This document shows positions 63,071 to 64,000 of a DNA stretch of 64,000 nucleotides, piece after piece. Position 1 is the first letter of the stretch. Each line of letters begins with the position of its first letter. The stretch is taken from NCBI RefSeq assembly GCF_009914755.1, contig NC_060929.1; one strand, written 5' to 3'. Origin of the DNA: the human T2T-CHM13v2.0 reference genome, Homo sapiens. Under the pieces are notes generated by a model. The model saw nothing but the letters and a program-made list of their open reading frames with translations, was not told the origin of the DNA and did not search any database. The position numbers and the translations under genes were made by a program.

Positions 63071-64000
63071 TCATAAAATTTAATTCTCCCAACAACTCTG
63101 TGGGAATAGATATGATTCCCTCAGCAACAGATGAAGGAAATGAGGCGGAAAGAGACTAAGTGAATCTATTATAAATATGCAGTTAACAAGTGATTGTGAT
63201 AGAAAACTCAAACTCTGTATTCTGACTCTAAAACCCATGTTCTTTCATCTCACTTCAATTTCACAACCACAAGGCAGAGCTAGGTTCAGTCAACACTTCT
63301 CATTACATGATGTTGTTCCTCATCAGAGAACACCATCTCAGGCTTGCAGAAAGAACAGGGTACTTGAAGTGGAAAAGAAGACTATAGCTCCATGCAGAAC
63401 TTCCTCAATAATTAATTCCCCAGTGCCTTTAAGATGCTAAAGCAGATTTTTTACAAGAAGCCAGCATCTATTAAAGGTGAAGAAGAAGAAGTGTGCTCAG
63501 GAAAATTTTCATGTTTAAGAAACCCACCCTTCATTTTAAAACTAGGCTACTAGGAGAGGGAGAAAACTTCATTAAAAACTCTTTCTACCCCAGAGTGGGA
63601 AGAAAACCTCTATCAGATAGAAGAGAAAGAAGTAGATTCAAGGGCAGCTTAAAGAATTCCTCAGAGCCTCATCTGAAATTTTCAGCTTCTATTTTTACAG
63701 TCAGTCTGCCAAGAAAGAAAATAGGAAGTAAAAGAAAAATCAAATTACTTTGAAGCCTCTCATTTTAAAAAAAACCAACTAAGGTAATTAAGACTATAAA
63801 ACTGGCAAATGAAAGAATAATTTCTTCTTAAAATTCTCCTAAATAATTTTCCAGAACCCCTAAACTCTTCACAAAGACTCTTTAAGATCTGCAAAGCTAA
63901 AATGAATAAAATGGTAGAACTTACTTAAAAGCATAGTGTCTTGGGTCTTTAAGAGTAGGAGGAAATAAAAATACTCCTGGGGAGATTAGAGAAGCTCCAT

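Overview
Human genomic DNA (Alu-, L1- and LTR-rich, including a human-specific AluYa5). The only protein-coding sequence I can support is coding exon 1 of FBXL17 on the minus strand (ATG at 12242, 331 codons, GT donor at 11249), inside a CpG-island promoter at about 11.1-13.2 kb. Bases 1-11249 are FBXL17 intron 1. The roughly 51 kb to the right is upstream intergenic DNA made mostly of nested transposons: two near-full-length, inactivated L1PA elements in opposite orientation, many solo LTRs (MER9, MLT2A, MER65A, MER4, MER41), DNA-transposon fossils (MER6, MER2, MER58B) and about 25 Alus. Almost every other ORF in the track is a repeat fragment or a GC-rich shadow frame. I see no new multi-gene system. 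The most interesting signals are: a strong-context uORF plus an AUG-stop element in the FBXL17 leader; a myristoylation-like N-terminus; an L1-in-L1 insertion whose TSD is inverted by a ~490 bp inversion; a patchwork insertion templated from two nearby sites; and an AT-rich palindrome/minisatellite. Repeat subfamily names come from remembered consensus sequences and need RepeatMasker/Dfam confirmation.
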